DNA of 64,000 bases. Origin: Laetmonice hystrix. Lineage: Eukaryota. The position numbers were made by a program, and so were the translations under genes. Location of the stretch: contig OZ249436.1 of assembly GCA_965235115.1 (NCBI GenBank), positions 12,464,001-12,528,000 on the forward strand, given 5' to 3'. Shown piece by piece: positions 63,801 to 64,000 of this stretch (position 1 is its first letter; every line of letters begins with the position of its first letter). The notes under the pieces were generated by a model. That model did not search any database. It saw only the letters and a program-made list of their open reading frames with translations, and had not been told where the DNA came from.

Positions 63801-64000
63801 CAAGCATATATCTGTAGCGAACGTACGAGACCTATACGTTTGACAGTTATACATCTGGCCTAAGAATAATAATTTTGGACGGGCGTAGTTTAAGTTGACG
63901 TATCAAAAATGTAGCCATTTTTCGCTTATCATTGCTTTAATCTGTCTCTCGCCACAGGTGCCTGCCAGCCCGGCCAGGTGTACGTGGTGATTCCACCGCT
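60895..64000. repeat. ~870-bp tandem satellite: one diverged unit in one orientation (~60895-61829), then ~2.5 near-identical units in the other, running off the window
   Basis: Anchor C(C/T)AAGCGAACACTACAGTGAGG at 61830, 62701 and 63570; internal ~20-bp subrepeat TACAGTGAGGCCAAA; 60895-61829 matches the reverse complement of the unit. Confidence 0.92.

Overview
Intron-rich genomic DNA from an invertebrate animal (probably a lophotrochozoan; this is inference), not prokaryotic. Four protein-coding genes can be rebuilt by hand with frame-consistent GT-AG junctions: a C2H2 zinc-finger gene with one coding exon and an unnamed N-terminal domain (5297-7114, +), PHAX (5 coding exons, -), GPN2 (6 coding exons, -) and ELL (13 coding exons over 30 kb, +). 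PHAX, GPN2 and ELL are adjacent and all act in RNA polymerase II / snRNA biogenesis. Introns and intergenic DNA hold many non-autonomous DNA transposons (MITEs) with readable terminal inverted repeats (TIRs) and target-site duplications (TSDs) of 3 to 9 bp, several nested. The last 6 kb contain a 2.4-kb foldback element with Academ-like ends carrying an array of tRNA-derived, B-box-containing repeats, followed by an ~870-bp tandem satellite with an inversion junction. No transposase, complete RNA gene or CRISPR array was found. I see no unambiguous new biological system; the best leads are the zinc-finger N-terminal domain, the three-gene cluster and the foldback element's cargo.
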